A stretch of DNA of 64,000 nucleotides from Trichoplax adhaerens (GCF_000150275.1 NW_002060943.1:4732008-4796007), one strand, 5' to 3'. Shown: positions 1-12,313, counted from the first letter of the stretch. A program made the numbers and translations. The notes: generated by a model from the letters alone, not told the origin.

Positions 1-31
1 AATTAAACTTAGCATAGCGTATAAACAATTC

Positions 32-589
32 TGTAAAGTAGCATTGTATTATGATTGTAGACTATTAGCCATGTTTAGTATAATATGCGGTAGTGTCGTT
101 TTTATACTTATCGTATGATATATTTAGCGGCCCAAATTATAGACTGTAATGGTAGACTCTATGCTAGAGTACCGATGACTATATACAGTAAGATGTTGAG
201 CTACTAATTAGGTTAGAGGTAAAATAGAACTACAAATCATATATTAAGATATGGTTCGTTCATTGTACTTTGAGTGGTAGGAATAATGTCTACGCAAACA
301 CGGTAATCGTTTCCATATTGGATTAATGATATTCCACTGTAAAATAGTATTACTAATAATAATTTGATTGCGTGTAAAATAAGGTAAAACGTTGCTATGC
401 TGATGTAGCTACATGACTACAGAGAGTATAAAAGCAAGCGACATTAAATGATTTGCTTACTCTTTCTAAAAGCTTTTCAGTGGTTTAATTTGGCTAGACT
501 AGAGCTGTGTGGAGCTAATCCTTGTATTAAATCTAATAAAGTTCTAATTTTCTACAAATTTTGAATTTTCGTGATCGGATATTATCACA
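32..589 (+). mobile_element. Solo-LTR-like element, family E (558 bp)
   Basis: TGTAAAG...ATCACA termini with exact 5-bp TSD AATTC (27-31, 590-594). AATAAA near the 3' end. Diverged inverted copy of the same length at 3278-3835. Confidence 0.85.
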
Positions 590-1228
590 AATTCTAATCC
601 GTTTGTTATTCTTAACTAAAACAGATTGCTGCTAAATCTTTTACTATACTAAGTTCAGCAGTACGCTCATTTTCTTTCTAATATTTTCTAATATTTTAAA
701 AGTTTGATTTCTAATTAGTATACTACAATTATGTTTACTGAATTGCTACATAATTTCATTGCATTAGCCTCGATTTGATTGATAACATTGCATAAAAATC
801 AAGTAGTATAAATTATATATTTCCAAGCAGACTTTTTCTGTTGTGCATGAATCTAACTTTTTGGAACTAGCTGAAGCATCAAAATGCCGTAAAATTCATT
901 GTCCTTCATGTGTCCAATGAGTTATATACCATGACTAAACAATTAACTACACGTATATGGATTCTAATGAAGTTATTCACTGCATATCAAATTTTAAAGC
1001 AATTTTGATAAGCTTTCATGTACTCTTCAGACAAATAAGTTATTTATTGATCATCTTTATTTGAGAGACAGCTTTGATTTAGATGAGAGTGTTATGTGAA
1101 GGTAATCTCCCGAGAAATTGCAATAGTTGTTACAAACATAAAGTTAACCACAGGTTACTAGCGTAGTCTTTATCTTTGTCAACGTTTAAATTTACGTAAC
1201 CCTTTCATAATGGCAAATAGCAATTTGC

Positions 1229-3982
1229 CTAACTACTTTTTGACGGAGATTCTAATTGACAAATCACATATCCATCATTTTGGACGTTATATTCCATGTA
1301 AGCACCAAATAATCCATCTACAAGAAGGGAATTCATCTCTAGTACAAGCTTTGTTAACTTAACAAAGAGAAAAGGAAAATTTCCTGCATTTTGGTATCTT
1401 ATATTCGCTTACCTTTAATGGCATCAGGTTTATATGATGATCTTAATTGAGAAATAAAATTTTGGTATAGCACTTTTGATGAATCTGCAGGCATAGATTT
1501 TCGGAAATTTAACGAATTTGTTTTTAGTTCCCCGTATAAAGTTATCTATAAGATAAAGAATATCGATACTTGGTATTGGCTATTCGATCAAAAAGTGACG
1601 ATTTTAGTACGTGTTTACGGAGCAAAGCACCGTATATATTAATTAAGTAGATTTCGTTATGTAGCTAATGGCAATACGGTGGGAAGTAATTATGAATATT
1701 AATCGTGTATAGTTTTGCTAGACAACCAAGATTTAAGCCTGTTTTGAAATTAATTCGTGTGATAAAGTGATCTTCAAAACAATAAATCAAGAACTACAGT
1801 TTCTTGCAAATTTCACTTTATTACAGAAGTTAGGTTCGTCTAACTACCAAGGACTATCTGACTATCTGATAATCTACTTATTACAGCAAAATTCACGATT
1901 TATATACGATTAGTTACAGAATGCTTTTACTGTAACAAATCTTATCTTGCCCATTACAGTAAGTCGCAAGATCAGATCTAAATTTACTATCGCGCAATCT
2001 ATTCATAAATCGCGCGTCTATTTAAAGCATTACAATACAATATTTACAGTACTAACATACTAAGCGCAAATCTATTTACTGTATATCTCAGATCTTTATA
2101 GAAACATCTTAATACTGTAGATTCGCTACAATACGTACTGTAAACATCTTCTACAAATAGACTCTTACAAAATCTTACACTCTAGCTTACAAGTTAAGTT
2201 ATTCTCGTACAGTCTTATAATAGTAATCTAAGCTATATTTGGGGCTGCACTACAATTCGTATAATCTTTATAGATATTTATATTGGCATCACCTTAGCAC
2301 CCACTGTGAAGTGCGAGCGACGTGCGAGTAGCGTACTGAGCCTCCTTTGTTTAATTGGCTATTTATTAGTTATTGCCAACTAAAGTTGTCTACTAGTTGT
2401 ATCTATAGTAAACTATATAGTTTATTGAGGGTTATTTTCCCATACGAACCATGTAAATGTTATGTTGCTAAATTACTAGGGGTGCACTACAAGTTTAGTG
2501 GTAGGATGTAAAAGGTGGAGTGAATGCTCAGCTCGTCAGCCCTTGATTAGATAATGTTTTACCTACTCTATTAATAAAACTATACGAAACTCTTAGCAAC
2601 AGTCTTATCCTTGTGTGACCGTAAGTAGTATCGGAATACCAAACAGTAGACCTCCAGGTGTAGTGGAGGTAGGAATAAGTAATCTATTAGTTTACGGTAG
2701 TAGTTCGCAAGTCAAGTTTGTGACACTATGATACAATGAACTAATTATTCAAAATATGAAATATAAATAGTTTGGACAATATTACTTTAAACTACACCAT
2801 GTATCGATGTGACTACTTGTAATGTTATCACACCTGGCTTATACATAGTATTTCTAAATCTTCTTCCATTACATTCTTCATACAACGCTGCTGTTCGTTT
2901 TTAAATAAACGTAATTTCAAGACTTTTCGGGACCTACATATCGAGTATGCTATCCTTGAATACTTTAACGTCTTAATTTATCGGTTAAATACAGCTTAAC
3001 ATTGCAGGTAACCCGTAGTTAATATTTACTGTTAACTATGTAAATTTTTATGCTATATCTAACATGTAATCAATATCCTTATCTGTATCATATTTCGATA
3101 TGCTAATTACAAGGCAGAGCCCTCGGCCGATTGAGTTGATCAGCTTACCATCAACTAAAACAGAATTTAGTTAATGCACTATGAATTATAAAAATATAAT
3201 AAAATAGGCGTACTATATATCTATTAAAAACATGTAAAACGTCGTAGATTAAAAATATTAATAAATTCCTAGATAAGTGTGATATATACCGATCACGAAA
3301 TTCCAAATTTTAGAAAAATAAGCGCTATATTAAATCTTTTACAAAGATTAACTACACACAGCTCTACTCAAGCCGAATACTAATACTAAAAACTTCTAGA
3401 ACGAACAGAATAATCTAAAGTTGCATGCTTTTATACTTTTCGTAGCATTCGCAGCTACAATCCGCACGGCAACCTTTTACCTTATTTTATACATAGTTAA
3501 ATTATTCTTAGTAATACTATTCTACTGCGGACCATCATTAATCCGATATGGATACGACTACAGTATTTACGTAGACATTATTCACACCGGCCAAAGTACA
3601 ATGAATTAACCATATCTTAATATATGATTTACAGTACTGTTTTTACCTATAACCCTATTGGTAACTCAATACCTTACTGTACATATTCATCTGTACTCTA
3701 GCATAGAGTCTATACCACTACAGTCTATAGCTATGGCTACCAAATATCTCTTCGGATAAATATAGAAGTTACGCTACCGTAAATTATACTAAACATGGCT
3801 AACAGTCTACAATCACAATACTAAGCTACATTACAATAAGTTATCTTAAGGAAAGTATATTGCGACAGATATACAAAAATTACTTCGTAACTGACAAGTA
3901 CAGTAGTAAGTAATCTCCTTTCTTGACTTCAAAACTTACCTGTAATATTGGCACATTTGACACGCTGAATTAATACTCTCAT
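1229..3982 (-). CDS. DTD1: D-aminoacyl-tRNA deacylase 1-like protein (151 aa) with divergent signature motifs
   Basis: Five GT-AG exons in phase: 3982-3940, 3154-3064, 2933-2834, 1545-1413, 1317-1229 (456 nt). Translation: MRVLIQRVKCANITVDGKLINSIGRGLCLVISISKYDTDKDIDYMSRKVLKLRLFKNEQQRCMKNVMEEDLEILCISQITLYGELKTNSLNFRKSMPADSSKVLYQNFISQLRSSYKPDAIKDGLFGAYMEYNVQNDGYVICQLESPSKSS. Colinear with animal DTD1 (QRV, IGRG, RKxLxLRxF, SQxTL, GxFGAYM, QNDG). Ortholog or paralog not determined. Confidence 0.9.
1716..2491 (-). mobile_element. Middle nested TG...CA element (family D-related end)
   Basis: TGCTAGAC...GGGGTGCACTACA flanked by AGTTT (1711-1715, 2492-2496). The right end resembles the family D terminus (GGGGCTGCACTACA). 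Confidence 0.6.
1758..2254 (-). mobile_element. Inner nested solo-LTR-like element, family D
   Basis: TGTGATAAAGTG...GCTGCACTACA with exact TSD ATTCG (1753-1757, 2255-2259). Reverse-complement homolog at 25149-25565. Confidence 0.85.
3278..3835 (-). mobile_element. Solo-LTR-like element, family E, in DTD1-like intron 1
   Basis: TGTGATA...ATTACA with exact TSD ATAAG (3273-3277, 3836-3840). Inverted homolog of 32-589. Confidence 0.85.
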
Positions 3983-4342
3983 GCTTTTGTACTCCTTATG
4001 TGTAACTCGAAAATTTTTCAATGTGTTTTATAAGTTATGTGCAGACGCTTATGCTATGAAATCTTCTTGAAAGTTGGTACCACACCACAGTGGGCAAATT
4101 AGTTACTTCAATGATGTTCGTGAGTATGTAAGAAATGAAATGATTTCTAATTTCAGTCCTTAGTAATATAAATATGGACTTTGACTTTGAATACTAAACC
4201 TGATTTGGTCCATTAGTAATTAATTACTGTAAATATGCCGAAATGCATATGTTTAAGTAGTACGGTACAGATTTCATGACATCCATGATTGACGCGTTAC
4301 TGTTTGAATAAAAGCAGGATCTTATTAGGCTTTGTTAATGAT

Positions 4343-4422
4343 AAATTAAATTAAAATTATTCGACCGAAATTTAATTCAATTTAATTTAATTTAATTTAT
4401 TTAATTTAATTTATTTAATTAA
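4343..4422. repeat. (AATTT)n low-complexity tract
   Basis: Run of aattt/attt units. Confidence 0.7.
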
Positions 4423-5010
4423 ACCTAGGCTAACTCAACGTTAAACATAAGTTCTATAAACTTATTTAACTACGACGAAATATTTATTATGACATGCGAT
4501 ACGATGGTATCTCTTGCAGGCGTATTTTACCTGTACTATGATATTTTTATACAACAATGGAATGACATTGCGATTGGTGTTTTTCCTTTAATGCTCGAAA
4601 TATTATACCATTTTACAGGCACTCAGCTAATTGATAATACTTATGGTATGCGCTTAGCCGATTTTAAATTAGCTTTTTCGGAGTTCTTTTGATATCAGCT
4701 AATTTAAAGTATCAATTTACGGTCAAAACTTGAAATTACACGTATAATTCATACGTAATGTAGTACCAATGCTTTACTGAGGTGAAAGGTAGCATGCTTG
4801 TGGGAGGATTTAAAAATCTGTCTAGATAGCTACGATGTCGGTAGAATACTTTACTGTTAATATTGGGCGTTATTACAGTATTATACTGCCTTACCTGGAT
4901 CAAATATCGCTGATAGAGATAAAATATTAACAGTAATGTATAGAAATAGTGATGATTCAGCTCCAGCCATATTGCTCTTTGGCTTATTTCTTGGAATACT
5001 TAGAAGCCTG

Positions 5011-5512
5011 TGTCACAAAACAGCTTTGTAACAAGATAACGTAATATACGGTTAATAAGTCAATTCCTTGAACCACGTATCAAGGAACGATATCTGCACT
5101 ATCACAAACATTTTTGCTCTACTAGCAGACTACGCAAACACTTAAACGCCTCGTATTTTACGTTAAATACTAAGTTTGAGAATTCTGTTTATTACACGAT
5201 ATACTGCATTTATATACTGTTCCTCAATAGTTCATGAGTCATAGTTAATACAGTTAGCATTGGAATCATTTACAGAATTAGATATTAATTTTAGCTACTG
5301 CTCCCTTAATGCAGACAACAGTATTTACAAACATAGACATGTAATGACTAATACAGAATAGTCAGATTACGATCGGTCCTATCACGGAACATTTCCATGA
5401 TAATTTACGATCTACCATAAGTAAATTACAATCAAAATGATTGGAACTGTAAGTAGATGATTTGCATTCCCTATTATAACTATTAATTTCAGTATGTGTA
5501 TAAGTGTCACTG
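5011..5512 (-). mobile_element. Truncated family A element (older variant)
   Basis: Starts TGTCACAAAACAGCTTT and aligns with 20882-~21384. It lacks the other end. Shares diagnostic variants with 15107-15526. Confidence 0.85.
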
Positions 5513-5609
5513 TGTTTCAGTACTGCTGGCCTTATTCCTTATGAAATATTCCTTATAGTAACTTACATTATCCATTCTCACATATAGGAATATTTCATTT
5601 AAACGAGTA

Positions 5610-6240
5610 TGTTACAGTGTTATATACTGTATTACAGTAGAAATATCAATGTTAGGATAATTCTATTAGACTATCCTTATTTAGTTAACTTCTAATTTGG
5701 ATATACTGTATTTTAATATAGCACTGACTTTTTATGACAGTGATACTTATACACATACTGAAATTAATAGTTATAATAGGGAATGCAAATCATCTGCTTA
5801 CAGTTCGAATCATTGTGATTGTAATTTACTTATGATAGACTGTAAATTATCATGGAAATGTTCCGTGATAGGACATATCGTAATCTGACTATTCTGTATT
5901 AGTCATTATATGTCTATGTTCGTAAATACTGTTGTCTGCATTAAGGGAGCAGTAGCTAAAATTAATATCTAATTCAGTAAATGATTCTAATGTTAATTGT
6001 ATTAACTATGACTCATGAACTATTGAGGAATAGTATATAAATGCAGTATATCGTGAAATAAAGAAGAATTGTCCAACTTAGTGTTTAACGTAAAATACGA
6101 GGCGTTTAAGTCTTTGTGTAGTCTGCTAGTAGAGCAAAAGTGTTTGTGATAGTGCAGATATCGTTCCTTGATACGTGGTTCAAGGAATTGACTTATTGAT
6201 CGTATATTGCGTTATCTTGTTGCAAAGCTGTTTTGTGACA
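5610..6240 (+). mobile_element. Solo-LTR-like element, family A (631 bp), young
   Basis: TGTTACAG...TTTTGTGACA with exact TSD GAGTA (5605-5609, 6241-6245). Nearly identical to the reverse complement of 20882-21512 (about 3 substitutions seen by eye). Confidence 0.92.
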
Positions 6241-6554
6241 GAGTATAAGTATGATTTCGTGATAAAATGCGGAATTACATCTGCTAAAATGGTCATTTGT
6301 GCATAACTTTAAAGGATGATTTAATATTGCAAGAAAATGTAAAAACAGGCTTAAACTTATTAATCCGTTATAATATATCGCATTCCCATACATAGAATTT
6401 TTCTATAAAATTATTATAATCTCCGTATGTTATGGTGTCACGATACGAATTACTGTGAAGAATTAAATGACAAAATTTAACGAATTAGCATTTATATATG
6501 GTGATTACAATTAGTTGCTTACAGTATGAATCACCGAAGTGTCCCACCCACCTT

Positions 6555-6583
6555 CCCGAGCAGCGCGGGGGTATTTATACTAC
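6555..6583 (+). mobile_element. Possible degenerate Helitron 3' end
   Basis: GC-rich CCCG...CGGG hairpin followed ~10 nt later by CTAC (CTAG-like) in an AT-rich context. Confidence 0.3.
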
Positions 6584-7080
6584 TGTTAGATGACTCTGAT
6601 TATAGGTTCATTTTAATAGGTCAGTATAAGATTCTTACAGTATTTTTTACCTCAAGATTTCTTCATGTAAAACGAATAGCTCTAAGGTAGTAAATTCTAC
6701 AGAGTACTGATTTTTGAAATAGTATTCGTTATATTACTAAGGGTGGCCAGTAGGCCTTTAAACTTTGATTTGATGTAATGCTCAGATGAAAATTGAATAA
6801 ACATAGAATCTTTATAGTGTTTTCTACACAGCCATTTTGATTGTTACATTTTCTTATAATGGTTGCTATCGATAAAGCAAGCTTTGCTTGCATACGCAAG
6901 CGACCCTTAGACACGTTATAATGATTGGTATAAAATTGACCACAGTACCAAGGATATTATACCACACTGTAGATATCTTACAGTACCTTCTAATCTTAAC
7001 TTGGTATGTCCATCACCGTAAATTAGTTATCATAATGCGCTTTGGATTATTAACTAATCTTAATATAGCATAGTACATTA

Positions 7081-7623
7081 CTATTACCGGGATATATATA
7101 ATATCGAATGATAATACTATCTGTTAATTCTATTAATAAATCGAGCATAAACGTATATTTGACAGTTTCGCTTACCAACCTTAAAATAGCATTAATACTG
7201 TATATAGTAACAATCCTTATTCGGTAAACATACTAATACGAAAGTTACTTAAGGAAATTTGAATTGGTATAGAAATGAATGATCTCTAGGGTTTATGTAA
7301 ATATTATTGAGAAGATATAAGTGATTGATACACATCAGTAGGTACTATTAGTTCTATTGCTCTCATGCATTTCGTGGTGTTACCCTACTGTAGTTCCCCT
7401 GTCCCGGTTATTTTTGATTGCTATGTATCATATAACAAAAAGTGTTTCTAAGAGGATAATGTCAGTTAGTCAGCGATCTAATAGGCGAAAGCGAAGTGAA
7501 CAACGTGGAAATGCACGATCAGTACGTACATTAAATCAATCTGTTTTAAATATAGTAGTACCCGGCTATTACCGGGATATATATAATGTCGAATGGTAAT
7601 ACTATCTGTTAATTATTAATAAA
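7081..7623 (+). repeat. Direct repeat pair, ~60 bp (7081-7140 and 7566-7623)
   Basis: ctattaccgggatatatataat(a/g)tcgaatg(a/g)taatactatctgttaatt occurs twice. Confidence 0.85.
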
Positions 7624-7641
7624 TGGGTACATTATCGTAAA

Positions 7642-7672
7642 CCGTCAGCAAAGCGACGGGAGTTTGGACTAG
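7642..7672 (+). mobile_element. Helitron-like 3' terminus (non-autonomous; 5' end not located)
   Basis: CCGTC-AGCAAAGC-GACGG hairpin, 9-nt spacer, then CTAG followed by T. This matches the canonical Helitron 3' signature. Confidence 0.6.
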
Positions 7673-8038
7673 TGTTAGTAAATTATATGTTGTATTTTAA
7701 TACAATTCTTATATAATACTTAAATACAGTACAAGCTCTTGTAAATTTAATTGAGATTAATGCTAGAATGTAGGTGTATTGACATGACTCTGCGAATACA
7801 TATTGTAGTCCGATTAGGCAAAATCAGTCAGTAAATATCCATATCGATAAATATTATTGTAGAATGATTTATCAATGTTGGCCACTGCCGATAGGTATTT
7901 AAGCTAGGTAGACCATTGAATAAAAATCAATTCTATAGTTTTGCAACCTAGAAACAAAGGCGTCTAAGTTCTTGTGAGTAGTTAAGAGACAATAAATCCC
8001 ACCAACTTTAGAAATTTGGAGATTTTTTTACGTAAACT

Positions 8039-8062
8039 TTGTCGTAAAACTGTTTTGTGACA
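8039..8062 (+). mobile_element. 3' end of a family A/C-related element
   Basis: TGTCGTAAAACTGTTTTGTGACA, the same terminus and fold-back as families A/C. 5' end and TSD not found. Confidence 0.55.
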
Positions 8063-8414
8063 TGTGGATCTTATTACAGATTCGGATGAAACTAGTATGG
8101 TTATCATAGAGTCAATTATTATAATTATTGAAAGCTACGCATTTCAACTCATTAATTTATGAAAATAGATAATTCTAATACAGCATTATTTTTCTTAAAT
8201 CTTTAAAAATTTCTGTTATAGAATAAATATTACTGTATGACTAAATTAGTCACTGGTATTAACGCAATGAAAGGTGCAGAGCCTGAGAATTAAGGAACGC
8301 TCTTCAACTTATTCATCTATTAAATCTATAGCCTTAAGTTTTATACTTATGTAATTTCTTTACGGCATGTACTGTAGTACTATGTATAACGAATAAATGT
8401 TGTTACGTATATAC

Positions 8415-9339
8415 CATAATCCGTGTTGGAAACGATGATAGCGGCATAAGACCAATGAAATCGTTGAAATATATCTGCTAATACTCGACTTTGCCACTTA
8501 TCGCTAGGTGACATGCGAACTAAATAGCCCATGCTTGGTCGGTCATCAAAACCTGGATAAGTTGCAATCGGTGCTACTTGTGGTACCCTTAGCGATGTTG
8601 CCATGTACTGAACAGCTTCGACATCACTCGATGTTGAAGGCCCAATAATTGCCCAAACTTTGTCATCGACAGCACGACAACCTTAAAAATATTTCGGATA
8701 AATCTGTTCATTTACATATACAGTTATATGAATGTCACGTATTACATAAGTATAATAAACACGATAACGGAAATACATTGCATTCATCTAGGATAGACGA
8801 AAATTTATTTTTATTACGGGTGTCGCTTTATTATATAAATATCCATATATTCTATACTTGCAGTTTACTATCGTGCTGGAGATTAAAACAAGAGTATAAT
8901 TTACATCTTAAATCTGGTACACATAATTGAATGTCATCATGAAAGCCATTCAAAAATTGAACTTTTGTCTGATATGGTCGTACAACATCAGTTTTGCTCA
9001 TTTTTTAATTTATCCAAAATTCAAGTCGGATTTGTACTCAATGCTGCGATCTAAGTATTATTACTGTATACGACTGTGATGCTAAGTATAGATAGCGCTT
9101 TTAACCTAAATTGCTTTAAAAAGAGTAGAAACATTTACTGTGTAACTGAGTTAGCAATATTATAGTAGCATAAATTATATTACCTTCTTGTTGACACAGG
9201 AAAGGTTGATAATTTGTCTTATTATAGATTTTCAACTTTATTATTATATTAAATGCAAATGTTGGATCTCCATTAATGTGATCCGTAGCTAGTTGGATGA
9301 TATCGTAAAATTTCTGTTCTCGTCCATCTGCTAGGACAG
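8415..9339 (-). pseudogene. Orphan N-terminal (LIVBP/ANF-receptor-type) exons, probably an iGluR amino-terminal domain
   Basis: Exons 9339-9184 and 8681-8415 splice in phase: ...DIIQLATDHINGDP...GCRAVDDKVWAIIGPSTSSDVEAVQYMATSLRVPQVAPIAT...YLVRMSPSDKWQSRVLADIFQRFHWSYAAIIVSNTDYG. A possible frameshifted signal-peptide exon lies at ~10795-10648. No downstream exons found. Confidence 0.7.
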
Positions 9340-11894
9340 CTATGATAAAGAAATTATATTAAAATAATTGTTAAGGTCAATTCTTCTTATGTTTTCCAAT
9401 ACATAATGTTGCTAAATAGACGTGATTGTATTACAAGTGCAATCTGATGTATGATACTATGACAACTATTAAATATCAATAGAAGTAACGGCGGAATAAT
9501 TTCAAATATTTGCTCTACTAATCTAAAATAGGCGTTGACATTTTCGAAATCAGACAGTATAATTAAAACTAAGATTGAGCTATTTTTAATGCTCTTATAT
9601 GAACAGAAATAAGTAATTATGCAAATCCTATAAAACATATTAATTACAAAAAAGAACAAATTCTGGAATCTCCATGCTTCATTTCGGGGCATTCCTGTTA
9701 ACTACATTACATTTTAATTAGCAACTACAGTAAAATTGTTATTTGATTTAACCATTCTAAAATGATTGCTACAGCTCGTAAAAATGAAACTATAGGGTCT
9801 ATTGGATGGGTAGATCAATTGTCTAATGACATAAGGCTAGCCTAGTAATCGTATTAGAATTAATATCATGGATCATCTTTTAATATTAGATGATTCTTGC
9901 AGATCGAAATAAACATAAGAAAAACAGCACTGTGGCTGTTTCACTGTCGGTAATTGTTATTGATTTACTTAAAATTTCGCATTTTCATTGTTGGATCGAT
10001 CATTTTAAATACTATAATAAATTGGCCTAATCGCTGTGGTAGAAGTAATGGTTTGAACTTATTTATTACATTAACTTGACTTTAATGCCTTGATACACTC
10101 TGCTGCCAAACAACTGTTTCCCTATTTGATCGATAATTTAAATAATCTAGCATGGTAACCGCTTGGTTTAATAAATTTGATCCTATTTGTATATTTTAAA
10201 CGATTCCCAAGGTTTTAATCTCACAAAAATGCAGTACATTTACTAGCTATAAACTAATTTAAATAATTTAATATTAATGTATGTCGTAGTTGCATCAAGA
10301 TTAACCATTTTTATCCTCTTGATAGATATTAATGGATCCTCATAATTAAAAACTCTAAAGAAAAAATTTAACTCTTGTTTCGTTACCACAGAGGTACTGT
10401 ATATCTTTAATAATATCAAATAATAGTTTCAGTTCCTTATGCTTAAAATAAAATTTGCGTTGGAACTGTAACTTGAACATCTTATTTCTGCCAGTGGTTA
10501 TGGAACTAAGCATAGTAAAGCCATAGATTATCAAGACTAAACTAAAGAATGGGTTAGTTCTTTAAGTAGCGTAAAAGAAATTCAATTTATGATGAGCAAA
10601 TATTAAAGCATCTGCATTAGACTCTTAGTATTTGCGTGCTAACTTTACAATAGAAGTGCTAATTTGGATAGCCACCTATGCCGGCCGTTAATAGCTGTCG
10701 ATTGGATGGCAATAAACAAAAATGTAAGGTAAATTGTTTAGCAGTGAAATTAATAATTTAAGATAATTTCTGGCCCGAAAACTCTTTGCTCTCATTTACA
10801 TCAAATATTTTTTACTTTATATATAATATCATAACAAAAAAGCAAAGATAAAATCTACTGCATTCTCTTCCATAAATATTGGCTATTATAATATTTTTCT
10901 AAAAGAATAAAACAAATAAAAGATGATATGAACTACATTGAATCACAATACGGGAGATATTGTAAACACGACATTTTAGCTTATTTGCGTCATGATACTT
11001 TCAAACATGATATAATATATAAAAAAATTCATCAAATATTCAACCTTTACAATAATGTAAGTATTTTCAGTATAAAGTGCCGTATCTTTGTGATACTTTA
11101 GCATGTTCTACACGGTACTAACTCAATATGCTCTTTTATACCCTGAATATTAATTGTGTACACATTTTTATGTGTTTTTAATATCCGTGTTATAATCAGC
11201 TTGCAACAATTTTTAAAATCTAAATACTTGCAATCAACGTATCTTAAGCGGCTCTAAAGTACGGTACTTTTGAGAGTAAACAGATTGTTCACAGCGGTTT
11301 ATGGACAGACTCTAGTAGGCTCAGAAAAAAATGCTGCTTGATTATTCAAATTTAGTTACATTCTTAATAAACAGAATGTATATAAAACTACGCTCATTGG
11401 GTAACTAAACGCACAGAATTAAACGTATAGCAAGAATAATAATAACTACAGGGACGAGATGAATACAGGTTATCATGCTCCTTCGTAGAAAATAAAGTTA
11501 AGTGCGCGTAAAGTAATATACTTTTGCAGCCTATCTGTAAATTTTTATTATGAAATGTAGCGTAAATAGCACCAGTTGCCAATAAACTAATTAGTAACTA
11601 ATTTGAGCTCTGAGTCTTGGCACGATATAAAAGATTACACTATAAAAATGGTTATCTCATTCTCTATACTTCTTGTAACCACAAATGTAAATAAACTAGA
11701 TAGCACTTAGTAATTTAGAATTGTTATCTAATTGATACGGCAAGCCATAGCCATAGTATGACATAATTATTAACTGCAGCATTATGAAACCTTAGCGCCA
11801 TAACAATCCGATTCTTGCCCGATGTACGAGCGTACATATTACTCGTATATGCATTTATTTATGGGTGCCCTAGTGGTACTGCTCAAAGACAAAA

Positions 11895-12313
11895 NNNNNN
11901 NNNNNNNNNNNNNNNNNNNNNNNNNNNNNNNNNNNNNNNNNNNNNNNNNNNNNNNNNNNNNNNNNNNNNNNNNNNNNNNNNNNNNNNNNNNNNNNNNNNN
12001 NNNNNNNNNNNNNNNNNNNNNNNNNNNNNNNNNNNNNNNNNNNNNNNNNNNNNNNNNNNNNNNNNNNNNNNNNNNNNNNNNNNNNNNNNNNNNNNNNNNN
12101 NNNNNNNNNNNNNNNNNNNNNNNNNNNNNNNNNNNNNNNNNNNNNNNNNNNNNNNNNNNNNNNNNNNNNNNNNNNNNNNNNNNNNNNNNNNNNNNNNNNN
12201 NNNNNNNNNNNNNNNNNNNNNNNNNNNNNNNNNNNNNNNNNNNNNNNNNNNNNNNNNNNNNNNNNNNNNNNNNNNNNNNNNNNNNNNNNNNNNNNNNNNN
12301 NNNNNNNNNNNNN
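11895..12313. other. Assembly gap
   Basis: Run of 419 N. Confidence 1.

Larger units (their letters stand above)
1612..2725 (+). mobile_element. Solo-LTR-like element, family B; outer element of a three-deep nest in DTD1-like intron 3
   Basis: TGTTTACGGAGCAAAGCACCGTA...AGTTTGTGACA. Both ends match the uninterrupted copy at 35091-35360. Flanks GTACG/CTATG match at 3 of 5 positions (possibly a decayed TSD). Confidence 0.8.

Noticed and set aside
5697-5888. 63-aa ORF repeated at 15246-15437 and 21234-21425
   Set aside because: It lies inside family A elements, has a non-ATG (TTG) start and no recognisable domain. The repetition reflects the DNA repeat.
5011-6240. A single 1.23-kb MITE/foldback transposon with 500-bp TIRs
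   Set aside because: The outer flanks (GCCTG/GAGTA) do not match, the right arm has its own TSD, and the arms belong to different variants.
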